DNA of 32,000 bases from Prochlorococcus marinus str. NATL2A (GCF_000012465.1 NC_007335.2:1650001-1682000), one strand, 5' to 3'; shown: positions 17,529 through 29,244, counted from the stretch's first letter. Notes: generated by a model not told the origin, from the sequence alone. Translations and numbers: made by a program.

Positions 17529-17867
17529 TTAGGCCGTCATAGGAGGCTCACCGTTAAAAAAGCCACCTCCTTCGTCATTGTTATCTAATTCAGAGCTTTC
17601 AGGCAGAGGTATTTCAATGCTAGTAACAACTTGAATAACATCTCTTAACCTCATTGAGTCAGCGAACCAACCCATTGCTTGTTCTGTATCACTTCTTCCT
17701 TCCGCATCATTAGCTTGATCTTCATGCGCTTCAGCTAGAAGTGTTAACCAACACAAGCATCGAGCTTGAACAATTGATAAATCTAAATCATTTGGTTGGG
17801 AGTTGGATATTTGCTCACTCTCTTGTTGAACAAGCAATCGTAAGCGAAGATCGTGAAGCTGGGCCAT
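17529..17867 (-). CDS. Hypothetical acidic protein
   Basis: 112-codon ORF with an ATG start, 31 nt upstream of the next ORF on the same strand. I recognise no family. Confidence 0.5.
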   Translation of the reverse strand: MAQLHDLRLRLLVQQESEQISNSQPNDLDLSIVQARCLCWLTLLAEAHEDQANDAEGRSDTEQAMGWFADSMRLRDVIQVVTSIEIPLPESSELDNNDEGGGFFNGEPPMTA

Positions 17868-17967
17868 GTTGACTGATTCACTAAACCAACGCTAGCGAGA
17901 GAGTAATGATTTTGCACACCCACCACATATAGGACTACATATTTTTAGTTTTTATTCGTTTTTGGCA

Positions 17968-18041
17968 CGGGGCTGGCGGGACTTGAACCCACGACCTACG
18001 GTTTAGGAAACCGTCGCTCTATCCAACTGAGCTACAGCCCC
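17968..18041 (-). tRNA. tRNA-Arg (anticodon CCU), CCA not encoded
   Basis: The reverse complement reads GGGGCTGTAGCTCAGTTGGATAGAGCGACGGTTTCCTAAACCGTAGGTCGTGGGTTCAAGTCCCGCCAGCCCCG. It folds by hand into a cloverleaf: 7-bp acceptor GGGGCTG/CAGCCCC, anticodon stem ACGGT/ACCGT with loop TTCCTAA, and T arm GTGGG-TTCAAGT-CCCGC. Discriminator is G. Confidence 0.9.
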
Positions 18042-18074
18042 CTGAAATTAATTATGCCTTGAGGCATGATGGAG

Positions 18075-18478
18075 TTGAAAGCAGGGGAGGTGATCGCAAT
18101 TGAACTTCAGCAAAAAGCTGAAGAATTCTATTGAGGAAAGTCCGGGCTCCTATTTGGCCAGGCTTGCTGGGTAATTCCCAGTGCGGGTGACCGTGAGGAT
18201 AGTGCCACAGAAACACACCGCCTAACGCTTAATGGGGATATCCCAACAAGCGCGGCAAGGGTGCAAAGGTGCGGTAAGAGCGCACCAGCAGCATCGAGAG
18301 GTGCTGGCTAGGTAAACCCCGGCCAGGAGCAAGGCGAGGGGCACTGGATGGCCATAGACCTTGTCCCTGTAGAGAGCCGCTTGAGGCTAGCGGTAACGTT
18401 AGTCCCAGATAGATGATTACCCATTCGCTTTCTAAAGAAAGAGGAATGAACAGAACCCGGCTTATGACCTGCTTTCAC
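18075..18478 (+). ncRNA. rnpB: RNase P RNA, bacterial type A
   Basis: Universally conserved GAGGAAAGTCCGGGCTCC (P4 5' strand, from about 18133) and ACAGAACCCGGCTTA (P4 3' strand, about 18450-18464). P1 pairing is TGAAAGCAGG (18076-18085) with CCTGCTTTCA (18468-18477). GC-rich relative to its surroundings. Ends are good to within a few nt. Confidence 0.9.
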
Positions 18479-18551
18479 TTTATTCATTTTACAAAAAAAT
18501 TACAGGCAAAGTCCTATTTTTTATCACTCAAATTATATGCTTTAAATTATT

Positions 18552-19295
18552 ATGAAAATTTCAAATCACAGAGTAGAAGAAATAATTAATTTTATTAAAG
18601 GTCTAAAGTTAGATCAAAAATTTCAAAAGGAGTTTACTAAAGAAAAAATAAAAAATATTTTATATATTAATGAATCACTTACTCATAGTTCCGCAAATAG
18701 TGAAATTAATTATGAAAATCTTGAATTTCTTGGAGACGCAGTTCTAAGACTCATTGCTTCAGATTTCATAAAAAATAAATATCCATATATGCAAGTAGGA
18801 GAAAGATCTGAACTTCGTTCACATCTTGTAAGTGATCTATGGCTAGAAGAAGTTGGTAAAAAAATAGAAATCAACAGTGTATTAGTAATTGGGAATAAAG
18901 CCCTTAGAGATAAATCAGCAAACGCAACTATTCAAGCAGAAGCAACTGAAGCATTAATAGGAGCTTTGTATGAAAGCCTTACTATTGTAGAACCTATAAA
19001 AGATTGGCTTATTCCATTCTGGGAAGAAAAAAGTAAAGAAGTTCTAGCTGATCCTCATAAGAAGAATTACAAATCAGCACTTCAAGAATTGACTCAAAGT
19101 AAAGGCTTATCAATTCCCATATATAAAACAATTGAAATTGACAAAAAGCATGACAATCCAAAACGATTTTTTTGTAATGTTTATGTCAAAAACCGATCAA
19201 TAGCTGAAGGAAGTGGAAAGTCAATTAAACAAGCAGAGAAAAATGCTGCCAGTAAAGCATTGAAGTATTTCGAGAACAATGTAATTGATCAGTAA
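18552..19295 (+). CDS. rnc: Ribonuclease III
   Basis: 247 aa with the RNase III signature NLEFLGDAVLRL, the EALIGALY segment and a C-terminal dsRBD (KSALQELTQ...GSGKSIKQAEKNAASKAL). Confidence 0.9.
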   Translation: MKISNHRVEEIINFIKGLKLDQKFQKEFTKEKIKNILYINESLTHSSANSEINYENLEFLGDAVLRLIASDFIKNKYPYMQVGERSELRSHLVSDLWLEEVGKKIEINSVLVIGNKALRDKSANATIQAEATEALIGALYESLTIVEPIKDWLIPFWEEKSKEVLADPHKKNYKSALQELTQSKGLSIPIYKTIEIDKKHDNPKRFFCNVYVKNRSIAEGSGKSIKQAEKNAASKALKYFENNVIDQ

Positions 19296-19320
19296 TTAGT
19301 TTCTTTGGAAAAATAAATAA

Positions 19321-19506
19321 TCAGCTTTTCTTAAGATCTTTCAAAGGTAGTGTCAACAATTTATCCCAATTACCACCTTCAAAAAGTACTGCCGCTTTAT
19401 CACCGCTTATTCTTTGAACAAACCCTTCATAACCATTGTAAATTGAATCTTGGTTATTAACAGTTACTGTTGTCCCAGGAAGAATAGGATCTTTTGAATC
19501 AGTCAT
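19321..19506 (-). CDS. ndhS: NAD(P)H-quinone oxidoreductase (NDH-1) subunit S
   Basis: 61 aa SH3/KOW-like protein with PGTTVTVNN..YNGYEGFVQRISGDKAAVLFEGGNWDKLLTLPL. This closely resembles cyanobacterial NdhS from memory, not from a search. Confidence 0.72.
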   Translation of the reverse strand: MTDSKDPILPGTTVTVNNQDSIYNGYEGFVQRISGDKAAVLFEGGNWDKLLTLPLKDLKKS

Positions 19507-19553
19507 AAATAAGCATATTCAAATAAACTTTTAAAGAAATTCTACTCATAAAA

Positions 19554-20084
19554 ATGTTCGAAAAAGATAAATGGATGACAATAGGTGAAATTGTTGCTCC
19601 GCAAGGGTTAAGAGGAGATCTTCGAATTAAACCTAGCAGCGACTTTCCTGAAAGATTTACAAAACCTGGGAAGAGATGGATTCAAAAAACTGATGAATTG
19701 CCTACTGAAATCAAATTAACAAAAGGGAAGCTTATTCCAGGTAAGTCAATCTATGTACTTTCAATCGAGGGAGTATCTACTAGAAGTTCTGCAGAAGAAA
19801 TTATTGGTTGGAAATTAGTCATACCAATTGATAGCAGACCGATGTTGAGTAAAGATGAGTACCATTACCATGATTTAATTGGTTTAGAAGCAAGAAGAGG
19901 TCCAAGTAAAGCTCTAATTGGTTATGTAACTGACTTAATCAAAGGAGGTAATGACCTTCTAGAGATAGAGTTAGTGGAAGGTAAAAAAGTTTTGGTACCT
20001 TTTGTTAAAGAAATTGTCCCAGAAATAGAAATCAAAGAAAAATGGCTGCTAATCAACCCACCCCCTGGCTTATTGGAACTCTAA
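19554..20084 (+). CDS. rimM: 16S rRNA processing protein RimM
   Basis: 176 aa with IGEIVAPQGLRGDLRI (RimM N-terminal domain) and a PRC-barrel C-terminus (YHYHDLIGLEA...VPFVKEIV). Confidence 0.9.
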   Translation: MFEKDKWMTIGEIVAPQGLRGDLRIKPSSDFPERFTKPGKRWIQKTDELPTEIKLTKGKLIPGKSIYVLSIEGVSTRSSAEEIIGWKLVIPIDSRPMLSKDEYHYHDLIGLEARRGPSKALIGYVTDLIKGGNDLLEIELVEGKKVLVPFVKEIVPEIEIKEKWLLINPPPGLLEL

Positions 20085-20136
20085 TAATTATTCGAGTTTT
20101 TAATCAGAACTTCAAAAATAGATTGCAAAGTTCTTT

Positions 20137-21594
20137 ATGAACATAACTGATCACTCAATAATTCCTGTAATTCTTAGTGGTGGATCAGGAACAAGACTTT
20201 GGCCACTTTCTCGAGAAAGTTATCCTAAGCAATTTCTAGCATTAGATTCACGCACAAAAAAAACACTTTTGCAGAAAACTTATGAAAGGCTTCTAGGTTT
20301 AGAGGGACTAGAAAATCCTATATTAATATGCAATGAAGATCACAGATTTATAGTTGCAGAGCAATTTAGAGAGATAAATACTGATCCTCAAGCAATTATT
20401 TTAGAACCCGTAGGACGTAACACAGCTCCAGCAATAGCAGTTGCTGCTCTTCAAGCAATTTCTTTAGGTAAAGACCCTTTACTATTGATTTTGGCTGCTG
20501 ATCACTTGATAGAGAATAACGTTGAATTTCAAAGAGTAATTCAATCTGCAAAAATATATGCAAATCAAGGAAGTCTAGTAACTTTTGGTATAGTTCCAAC
20601 AAGCGCAGAAACTGGTTACGGTTATATTGAAACAAAAGAATTTCCTACCAAAGAAAATCAAAAAATTGGTTTAGAGATAAACAAATTTATAGAAAAGCCT
20701 AATAAAGATATAGCTGAGAAATTAATCAAAGATTCTCGCTATACATGGAATAGTGGTATGTTTCTTTTTAAAGCGAGTACGATAATTAGTGAATTAAAAA
20801 AATTCGCTCCAGAGATACTTAATTATTGCAAAATTGCTCTCGAGAAAGATATAGAAGATCTTGATTTTCTACGTTTAGAAACTGAATCCTTCAAGCAATG
20901 TCCCAAAATATCTATAGATGTTGCAGTGATGGAAAAAACGAATTTAGGAATCGTTCTTCCTCTAAATGTTGGATGGAATGATATAGGAAGTTGGAAATCT
21001 TTATGGGATATTAGCAAAAAAAATAATGATGGAAACTATATAAATGGGAGAATAATAGCTGAAAAAAGTAAAAACTGTTATTTAAAAAGTGAACAACGTC
21101 TAATTGTAGGAATAGGGATAGAAAATCTAATAGTTGTTGATACAAATGATGCTATATTAGTAGCCAATAGAGATCAATCTCAAAATATTGGAAATATAGT
21201 CAAAAATCTAACTTCGACGGCATTTCCAGAAGGGAAAATGCATAAAAAAATCTATCGACCATGGGGTAATTACACTACAATTGTCGAGGGAAATAGATGG
21301 CTAGTGAAACTCATAGAGGTAAAACCAAATGCTTCTCTTTCTTTACAAATGCATCATCATAGAGCTGAACACTGGGTTGTAGTTAATGGAACAGCCTTGA
21401 TAGAAAAAAATGGAGAACAACAACTTTTAAGTGAAAATGAAAGTACATTTATCCCTTTAGGTTGCAAACATAGATTAAGTAATCCAGGGAAAATGAGACT
21501 TGAACTTATTGAAGTTCAAAGCGGAACGTATTTAGACGAAGAAGACATCATTCGTTTTGAAGATTCTTATGGCAGAATAAAAAATCAGAATTAA
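20137..21594 (+). CDS. manC: Mannose-1-phosphate guanylyltransferase / mannose-6-phosphate isomerase (type II PMI-GMP)
   Basis: 485 aa with the N-terminal nucleotidyltransferase motif ILSGGSGTRLWPLSR and a C-terminal cupin (RPWGNYTT, SLQMHHHRAEHWVVVNGTA). Confidence 0.9.
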   Translation: MNITDHSIIPVILSGGSGTRLWPLSRESYPKQFLALDSRTKKTLLQKTYERLLGLEGLENPILICNEDHRFIVAEQFREINTDPQAIILEPVGRNTAPAIAVAALQAISLGKDPLLLILAADHLIENNVEFQRVIQSAKIYANQGSLVTFGIVPTSAETGYGYIETKEFPTKENQKIGLEINKFIEKPNKDIAEKLIKDSRYTWNSGMFLFKASTIISELKKFAPEILNYCKIALEKDIEDLDFLRLETESFKQCPKISIDVAVMEKTNLGIVLPLNVGWNDIGSWKSLWDISKKNNDGNYINGRIIAEKSKNCYLKSEQRLIVGIGIENLIVVDTNDAILVANRDQSQNIGNIVKNLTSTAFPEGKMHKKIYRPWGNYTTIVEGNRWLVKLIEVKPNASLSLQMHHHRAEHWVVVNGTALIEKNGEQQLLSENESTFIPLGCKHRLSNPGKMRLELIEVQSGTYLDEEDIIRFEDSYGRIKNQN

Positions 21595-21666
21595 TAAAAA
21601 AGCTTTATTTTATTAAAAAAATCTTCTGGAAATTAATTAGAAAAAATGATTGAAAGTTAGAAAATT

Positions 21667-23571
21667 TTATTCAACGGTTACACTTTTGGCTAAATTCCGC
21701 GGCTGATCAACATCTAACCCTTTATGAGCTGCTATGTGATAACTAAATAGCTGTAAAGGTACAACAGTTAATAGGGGGCTTACCCATTCACTAACTTTTG
21801 GAATAGTAAATAATTCATCAAACATTTCCGATTCAGATCGATGTGTAGACACCCCAATTAAACGGGCATCTCTAGCTTTAGCCTCTTGCGAGTTACTAAG
21901 TACCTTTTCATACACGACCCCCGGGACAGCTATAGATACCACTGGAACATGTTGATCTAAAAGTGCTATTGGTCCGTGTTTGAGCTCTCCAGCTGGATAG
22001 CCTTGCGCATGGATGTAGCTTATTTCCTTAAGTTTTAGAGCACCTTCAAGTGCAATTGGATAATTTATTCCTCTACCCAAAAAAATTACATCCTTTGTTT
22101 CAACAAACAAATGTGCTATTTCCTTAGAGAGAGAATCATGTTTTTTTATAAGATTTGTTAGCTGTTTAGGAATTAATCTCAAATCATTAGAGAGATCTAA
22201 AATTTCTTGAGATTTTCTTTTTTGTCTATGTGATGCAAATAAAATTGTCAAACCATAAAAGGACAACATTTGACCCAGAAAGGTTTTGGTGGCTGCAACA
22301 CCTATTTCAATGCCTGATCCAATATCAATAACATTTTCTAGTTCACGACCAAATGAACTATCAACCCTATTAGTAATTCCCAATTGATGAAAAGAAAAAT
22401 TAGGATCTTGAGTCGAATCTCTTCTCTCCTTTTCCATCCTTAAGGCAGCTAACGTATCTGCCGTTTCGCCTGATTGACTTACTCCTATTGTCAAAGTATG
22501 GGGGGAAAGTGGAGGGGGAGCATACCGAAATTCACTCGCGAAATATACCTTTGTAGGGACCCCTGCAAACTGTTCTAACAAGTAAGCACCAACCATACCT
22601 GCGTGTCTGCTCGTGCCACAGGCAAGTATTTGTATTTGTTCTATATTCTCAAGGATCGATTTAGATACCGGCATAGCTATTGGATTTTCGGAAGGCAAGT
22701 CCATTGGCAAAAATCTATCTATCCATTGTTGTGCAGTCTCTGGCTGCTCATAAATTTCTTTAAGCATGAAATGACGGAAATTTCTTTTATCCGCAAAAAA
22801 TTCCGCGCCCTCTATGATCGACGGTGCTCTATGCTGCCTCTTTCCATCATCATCATAAAGTTCAATTCCTAGTGGAGTTAAAAGTGCACTTTCGTGATCC
22901 CTCAAAGGTAAAAATGTACGGGTAAATCCTGTTAATGCTGGCGTATCACTTGCACAAAAAAACTCACCCTCGCCAAAGCCAAGAACTAATGGTGCTTGTC
23001 CTCTAGCAACCACTAAAGCATTGGGTGCCTTGGACCAAATCACAGCTATGGAATAAGTCCCTTCTAATAAAGTCAAAACTTTTTGAACAGCGATTAATAA
23101 TGTTTGTTCATTAGGGGAAAGTCCATTTGCAAGATAGTGTTCTATCTCTAGACCGATTAAATGTGGAATTATTTCAGTGTCAGTTTCCGAGGTTAATTTG
23201 ATTCCTTTAAGTTTCAGGCTGTTAGATAAATCTCTGTAATTCTCGATAATCCCATTTTGCACAACTGCAATTTGCCCTGAGAAATCAAGATGAGGATGGG
23301 CATTTCTTTCATTAGGTTTACCGTGAGTAGCCCATCTAGTATGGGCGATACCAACATGACCTTTTGGAGGCTTTTTTTTAATTAAGTTTGATAGATTAAT
23401 TAGCTTTCCTTTTGCTTTTGTGACATTTAGTTGTCCAATTTGATCGTTATTTAAATTGTCAATTGTTGCTATACCTGCAGAGTCATAACCGCGATATTCC
23501 AATTTTCTTAATCCATCAATAAGTAAAGAAGAAACTTCTCTTGATCCAATAACAGCAAATATGCCACACAT
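21667..23571 (-). CDS. glmS: Glutamine--fructose-6-phosphate aminotransferase (isomerizing)
   Basis: 634 aa beginning MCGIF (Ntn amidotransferase Cys2), with two SIS domains (GTSRHAG, SQSGETADT) and the typical C-terminal LAKSVTVE. Confidence 0.95.
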   Translation of the reverse strand: MCGIFAVIGSREVSSLLIDGLRKLEYRGYDSAGIATIDNLNNDQIGQLNVTKAKGKLINLSNLIKKKPPKGHVGIAHTRWATHGKPNERNAHPHLDFSGQIAVVQNGIIENYRDLSNSLKLKGIKLTSETDTEIIPHLIGLEIEHYLANGLSPNEQTLLIAVQKVLTLLEGTYSIAVIWSKAPNALVVARGQAPLVLGFGEGEFFCASDTPALTGFTRTFLPLRDHESALLTPLGIELYDDDGKRQHRAPSIIEGAEFFADKRNFRHFMLKEIYEQPETAQQWIDRFLPMDLPSENPIAMPVSKSILENIEQIQILACGTSRHAGMVGAYLLEQFAGVPTKVYFASEFRYAPPPLSPHTLTIGVSQSGETADTLAALRMEKERRDSTQDPNFSFHQLGITNRVDSSFGRELENVIDIGSGIEIGVAATKTFLGQMLSFYGLTILFASHRQKRKSQEILDLSNDLRLIPKQLTNLIKKHDSLSKEIAHLFVETKDVIFLGRGINYPIALEGALKLKEISYIHAQGYPAGELKHGPIALLDQHVPVVSIAVPGVVYEKVLSNSQEAKARDARLIGVSTHRSESEMFDELFTIPKVSEWVSPLLTVVPLQLFSYHIAAHKGLDVDQPRNLAKSVTVE

Positions 23572-23636
23572 ATATTTAAATTAACGTCACAAATTATTTA
23601 TATAAAATAAACCTTCGTTAAGAAAAATACTAATTT

Positions 23637-23930
<294 letters not shown>

Positions 23931-24018
23931 CTACATAAAAAAAAATAGTTGCAATGCCGTCACTTTTGTTAACTCGACACTCTAACCCGTAGTATTGGAA
24001 GTCAGGTCTAAGAAGGTT

Positions 24019-24261
24019 ATGTCCCAGGAAGCAATTCTTGAAAAAGTTCGTTCTATTGTCGCAGAACAACTTAGCGTTGAAGCCGGTGAAGTTAAACCGG
24101 ATTCAAATTTCCAAAACGACCTCGGAGCTGACTCTCTCGACACTGTCGAATTAGTTATGGCTCTTGAAGAGGCATTTGACATAGAAATCCCCGACGAGGC
24201 TGCTGAAGGCATTGCCACTGTTGGTGATGCAGTCAAATACATCGAAGAAAAACAGTCTTGA
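24019..24261 (+). CDS. acpP: Acyl carrier protein
   Basis: 80 aa from the ATG at 24019 ([12 protein letters not shown]...), with the phosphopantetheine site [22 protein letters not shown] lies just upstream. The ORF-track start at 23995 is a non-ATG extension. Confidence 0.95.
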   Translation: MSQEAILEKVRSIVAEQLSVEAGEVKPDSNFQNDLGADSLDTVELVMALEEAFDIEIPDEAAEGIATVGDAVKYIEEKQS

Positions 24262-24268
24262 GGTTCAA

Positions 24269-25516
24269 ATGATGGAGAAACTCCATCGAGTTGTTATTAC
24301 AGGTCTTGGCGCCATTACTCCAATTGGCAACGACCTCGAAAGTTACCTCAAAGGGCTTCAATCCGGGCAAAATGGGGTAGATCAAATAACACTCTTTGAT
24401 GCCTCATCCCATGCATGCAGATTTGCAGCAGAGGTGAAAAGTTTTGATCCGACTGGCAAATTAGAGCCAAAAGAATCCAAACGATGGGATCGTTTTTCAA
24501 AATTTGGAGTTATTGCAGCAAAAGAAGCCTTAAATCATTCAGGTCTAATAATTGACAACTCAAATTCTGGAAGAATTGGTGTAATTATTGGTTCTGGAGT
24601 TGGCGGATTGTTGACTATGGAAACCCAAGCTCATGTTTTAGAGAACAAGGGAGCAAGTCGAGTTAGTCCTTTTACTGTTCCCATGATGATTCCCAACATG
24701 GCTACAGGGTTAGCAGCTATTGCACTAGGCGCTAAAGGTCCAAGTTCAGCAGTTTCCACTGCTTGTGCCGCTGGATCAAATGCTATAGGTGATGCATTTA
24801 GACTGCTCCAATTAGGCAAAGCAGATGCAATGGTTTGCGGTGGAGCAGAAGCAAGTATCACCCCTCTAGGAGTAGCAGGATTTGCTAGTGCAAAAGCCTT
24901 ATCCTTCAGAAATGATGATCCATCTACCGCAAGTAGACCTTTTGATTCTCAACGAGATGGATTTGTAATTGGAGAAGGGGCCGGAGTACTAATTTTAGAA
25001 ACTCTTGATCATGCATTAAAAAGAGACGCAACAATCCATGCAGAGATCATTGGTTATGGAACCACTTGTGATGCTCATCACATTACCTCTCCTACACCTG
25101 GTGGAGTGGGAGGGGCAGAAGCTATGAAACTTGCATTAATTGATGGACAAATTAATCCCGAAGAAGTCGATTACATTAATGCTCACGGAACTAGCACTCC
25201 AGCTAATGACAGCAATGAAACATCTGCTATAAAAGCTGCTTTAGGAAATCATGCGTATCAAGTACCTACAAGCTCAACCAAATCTATGACTGGGCACTTA
25301 CTAGGAGGGTCTGGTGGAATCGAAGCTGTTGCTTGTGCTCTGGCAATAAAACATGAAATAATTCCGCCAACAATTAATTATTCCAATCCAGACCCAAATT
25401 GTGATCTTGATTATGTGCCCAACAAAGCAAGAGAAAAGAAATTAGGTGTCGTACTATCTAACTCATTCGGGTTTGGCGGTCACAATGTCTGTCTAGCTTT
25501 TCGACAAATGATCTAA
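24269..25516 (+). CDS. fabF: 3-oxoacyl-[ACP] synthase II
   Basis: KAS II pattern: HRVVITGLGAITPIG, active-site Cys in AVSTACAAGSNAIG, the two His (CDAHHITSP, NAHGTSTP) and NSFGFGGHN. Start chosen at the ATGATG at 24269, 7 nt after the acpP stop. The 24212 start would overlap acpP. Confidence 0.93.
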   Translation: MMEKLHRVVITGLGAITPIGNDLESYLKGLQSGQNGVDQITLFDASSHACRFAAEVKSFDPTGKLEPKESKRWDRFSKFGVIAAKEALNHSGLIIDNSNSGRIGVIIGSGVGGLLTMETQAHVLENKGASRVSPFTVPMMIPNMATGLAAIALGAKGPSSAVSTACAAGSNAIGDAFRLLQLGKADAMVCGGAEASITPLGVAGFASAKALSFRNDDPSTASRPFDSQRDGFVIGEGAGVLILETLDHALKRDATIHAEIIGYGTTCDAHHITSPTPGGVGGAEAMKLALIDGQINPEEVDYINAHGTSTPANDSNETSAIKAALGNHAYQVPTSSTKSMTGHLLGGSGGIEAVACALAIKHEIIPPTINYSNPDPNCDLDYVPNKAREKKLGVVLSNSFGFGGHNVCLAFRQMI

Positions 25517-25573
25517 ATCAATTTCATTTTCGCTTTCCACTTAAATTTCTTATCCCCCACTCACTAATTCAAA

Positions 25574-27586
25574 ATGGTTGCCTTGACTACTTCCCTAGAC
25601 ACACTTTGCGTCAACAGCATCAGGATGCTCGCTGTTGATGCAATTAATAAATCCAAAAGTGGTCACCCAGGTTTACCTATGGGTTGCGCACCTATGGGTT
25701 ATGCATTATGGGACAAGCATTTACGACACAATCCAAAAAACCCGAAATGGTTTAATCGAGACAGATTTGTTCTTTCAGCAGGACATGGCTGCATGCTTTT
25801 GTATGCTCTCTTGCATTTGACCGGCTATGACTCTGTCACCATTGAAGATATAAAAGAATTTAGACAGTGGGGAGCTAAAACTCCAGGGCATCCAGAAACC
25901 TTTGAAACTCCTGGAGTTGAAGTAACTGCAGGCCCTTTGGGAGCAGGAATTTCAAATGCAGTTGGATTAGCCATTGCGGAAGCTCACCTCGGTGCAAAAT
26001 TCAACAAACCTGATTCAACAGTTGTAGACCATTACACCTATGTGATCATGGGGGATGGATGTAATCAAGAAGGTATTTCTTCAGAAGCATGTTCTCTTGC
26101 TGGGCATTTAAAACTTGGAAAATTAATAGCTCTCTATGACGATAATCACATAACTATTGATGGAAGAACAGATGTCTCATTTACGGAGGATGTCTTAAAA
26201 AGATATGAAGCATATGGATGGCATGTACAAGAAATTTCTGAAGGGAATACAGATGTTGAAGGCATATCTCAAGCAATCGAAAAAGCCAAATCAGTCACTG
26301 ATAAGCCATCCATCATCAAAGTAACAACAACTATCGGCTACGGTTCTCCAAATAAAAGTGATACTGCAGGTATTCACGGCGCCCCATTGGGCGAAGAAGA
26401 GGCAGAGCTCACTAGAAAACAATTAGGTTGGTCATACAAACCTTTCGAGGTTCCCCAAGATGCTTATGATCAATATCGACAAGCCATTCAAAAAGGTGCA
26501 CAGCTAGAAGAAGAGTGGAATCAAAGCCTAGCTACATACAAAGAAAAATATCCTAATGAAGCATCTCAATTTGAGCGCATGTTGAGAGGTGAGCTCCCTG
26601 AAGGCTGGGATAAAGATTTACCTACCTATACATCCGATGACCAAGGGGTTGCCACTAGAAAACATTCTCAAATATGTCTAGGTGCTCTTGGTCCAAACAT
26701 CCCTGAACTAATAGGAGGTTCTGCTGATTTAACTCATTCAAACTACACAGATATAAAAGGCGAAACTGGATCTTTTCAATATGAAAGTCCTGAAAAACGT
26801 TATTTACATTTTGGTGTCAGAGAGCACGCTATGGCAGCCATATTAAATGGAATTGCTTATCACGACAGTGGTTTAATTCCTTATGGTGGAACCTTCTTAG
26901 TCTTCGCAGATTACATGAGAGGATCTATGCGTCTTTCCGCTCTTAGTGAGCTTGGAGTTATTTATGTTTTAACCCATGATTCCATAGGTGTTGGTGAAGA
27001 TGGCCCAACACATCAACCTATAGAAACCATTCCATCATTGAGAGCAATGCCCAATATGATGGTATTCCGTCCTGGCGATGGCAATGAAACCAGTGGTGCT
27101 TATAAAGTTGCAATTAAAAATCGTAAGAGACCAAGTTCCTTATGCCTGAGTAGGCAGGGTATGGCCAATCAACAAAATTCATCCGTAGACAAAGTTGCTT
27201 TAGGTGGATATGTACTTGAGGAGTGCGATGGCACTCCAGAACTGATACTTATCGGAACAGGAACTGAACTTGATTTATGTGTTCAAGCAGCGAAAAAGTT
27301 AACTAAGGAAGGTAGAAAAGTGCGTGTTGTTTCTATGCCATGCGTTGAACTTTTTGAAGAACAAAGCGATAGTTATAAAGAAGAAGTTTTGCCTTCAAAT
27401 ATCAGAAAACGCCTAGTAGTAGAAGCCGCAGAGAGTTTTGGATGGCACAAATATATTGGTCTTGATGGTGACAGCGTAACTATGAATAGCTTTGGAGCAT
27501 CTGCTCCAGGTGGATTATGTATGGAAAAATTTGGATTTACAGTTGAAAACGTACTAGAAAAATCTAGAAGTCTTCTCAACAAATAA
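25574..27586 (+). CDS. tktA: Transketolase
   Basis: 670 aa with SGHPGLPMG, the ThDP-binding [10 protein letters not shown] and [18 protein letters not shown]. Confidence 0.95.
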   Translation: MVALTTSLDTLCVNSIRMLAVDAINKSKSGHPGLPMGCAPMGYALWDKHLRHNPKNPKWFNRDRFVLSAGHGCMLLYALLHLTGYDSVTIEDIKEFRQWGAKTPGHPETFETPGVEVTAGPLGAGISNAVGLAIAEAHLGAKFNKPDSTVVDHYTYVIMGDGCNQEGISSEACSLAGHLKLGKLIALYDDNHITIDGRTDVSFTEDVLKRYEAYGWHVQEISEGNTDVEGISQAIEKAKSVTDKPSIIKVTTTIGYGSPNKSDTAGIHGAPLGEEEAELTRKQLGWSYKPFEVPQDAYDQYRQAIQKGAQLEEEWNQSLATYKEKYPNEASQFERMLRGELPEGWDKDLPTYTSDDQGVATRKHSQICLGALGPNIPELIGGSADLTHSNYTDIKGETGSFQYESPEKRYLHFGVREHAMAAILNGIAYHDSGLIPYGGTFLVFADYMRGSMRLSALSELGVIYVLTHDSIGVGEDGPTHQPIETIPSLRAMPNMMVFRPGDGNETSGAYKVAIKNRKRPSSLCLSRQGMANQQNSSVDKVALGGYVLEECDGTPELILIGTGTELDLCVQAAKKLTKEGRKVRVVSMPCVELFEEQSDSYKEEVLPSNIRKRLVVEAAESFGWHKYIGLDGDSVTMNSFGASAPGGLCMEKFGFTVENVLEKSRSLLNK

Positions 27587-27621
27587 AATTAATTATTTAA
27601 TTAGAAATAGTTATTACAGAA

Positions 27622-29041
<1,420 letters not shown>

Positions 29042-29093
29042 CTAAAAAGCTATTGAATAAAAAAGGAGCAATATGCATCAAGATCACAAGATT

Positions 29094-29180
29094 TCACTTT
29101 CCTTACACTGGTTTAAACCAGATCAAGTTCAGAGGGTGTGATCTCAGCCATACCGCAAAGCAATATGGCACCCCTAGTGA
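29094..29180 (-). promoter_or_regulatory. TPP (THI-box) riboswitch aptamer in the thiC 5' leader
   Basis: The minus strand reads TCACTAGGGGTGCC...GGCTGAGATCACACCCTCTGAACTTGATCTGGTTTAAACCAGTGTAAGGAAAGTGA. It holds the conserved GGGGUGC, CUGAGA, ACCC, GAAC-UGAUCUGG and CCAG-GUAAGGAA elements. P1 closes by TCACT/AGTGA. The aptamer ends 55 nt upstream of the thiC ATG. Confidence 0.85.
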
Positions 29181-29244
29181 TAAATACAAATTAGCTCGAA
29201 ATCCGCAACTAAACCCTAAAGTTTTTATAGATAAAATTTTCGAA

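Noticed and set aside
17039-18041. A genomic island or prophage remnant integrated at the 3' end of tRNA-Arg.
   Set aside because: There is no integrase or recombinase and no direct repeat of the tRNA 3' segment (GGTTCAAGTCCCGCC...) downstream. I see no obvious compositional break, and only two small ORFs lie before the core gene glgP.
23572-23636. A glmS ribozyme or other leader element ahead of glmS.
   Set aside because: The 65-nt psaC-glmS spacer is AT-rich with no conserved glmS-ribozyme core. That ribozyme is characteristic of Gram-positive bacteria, not cyanobacteria.
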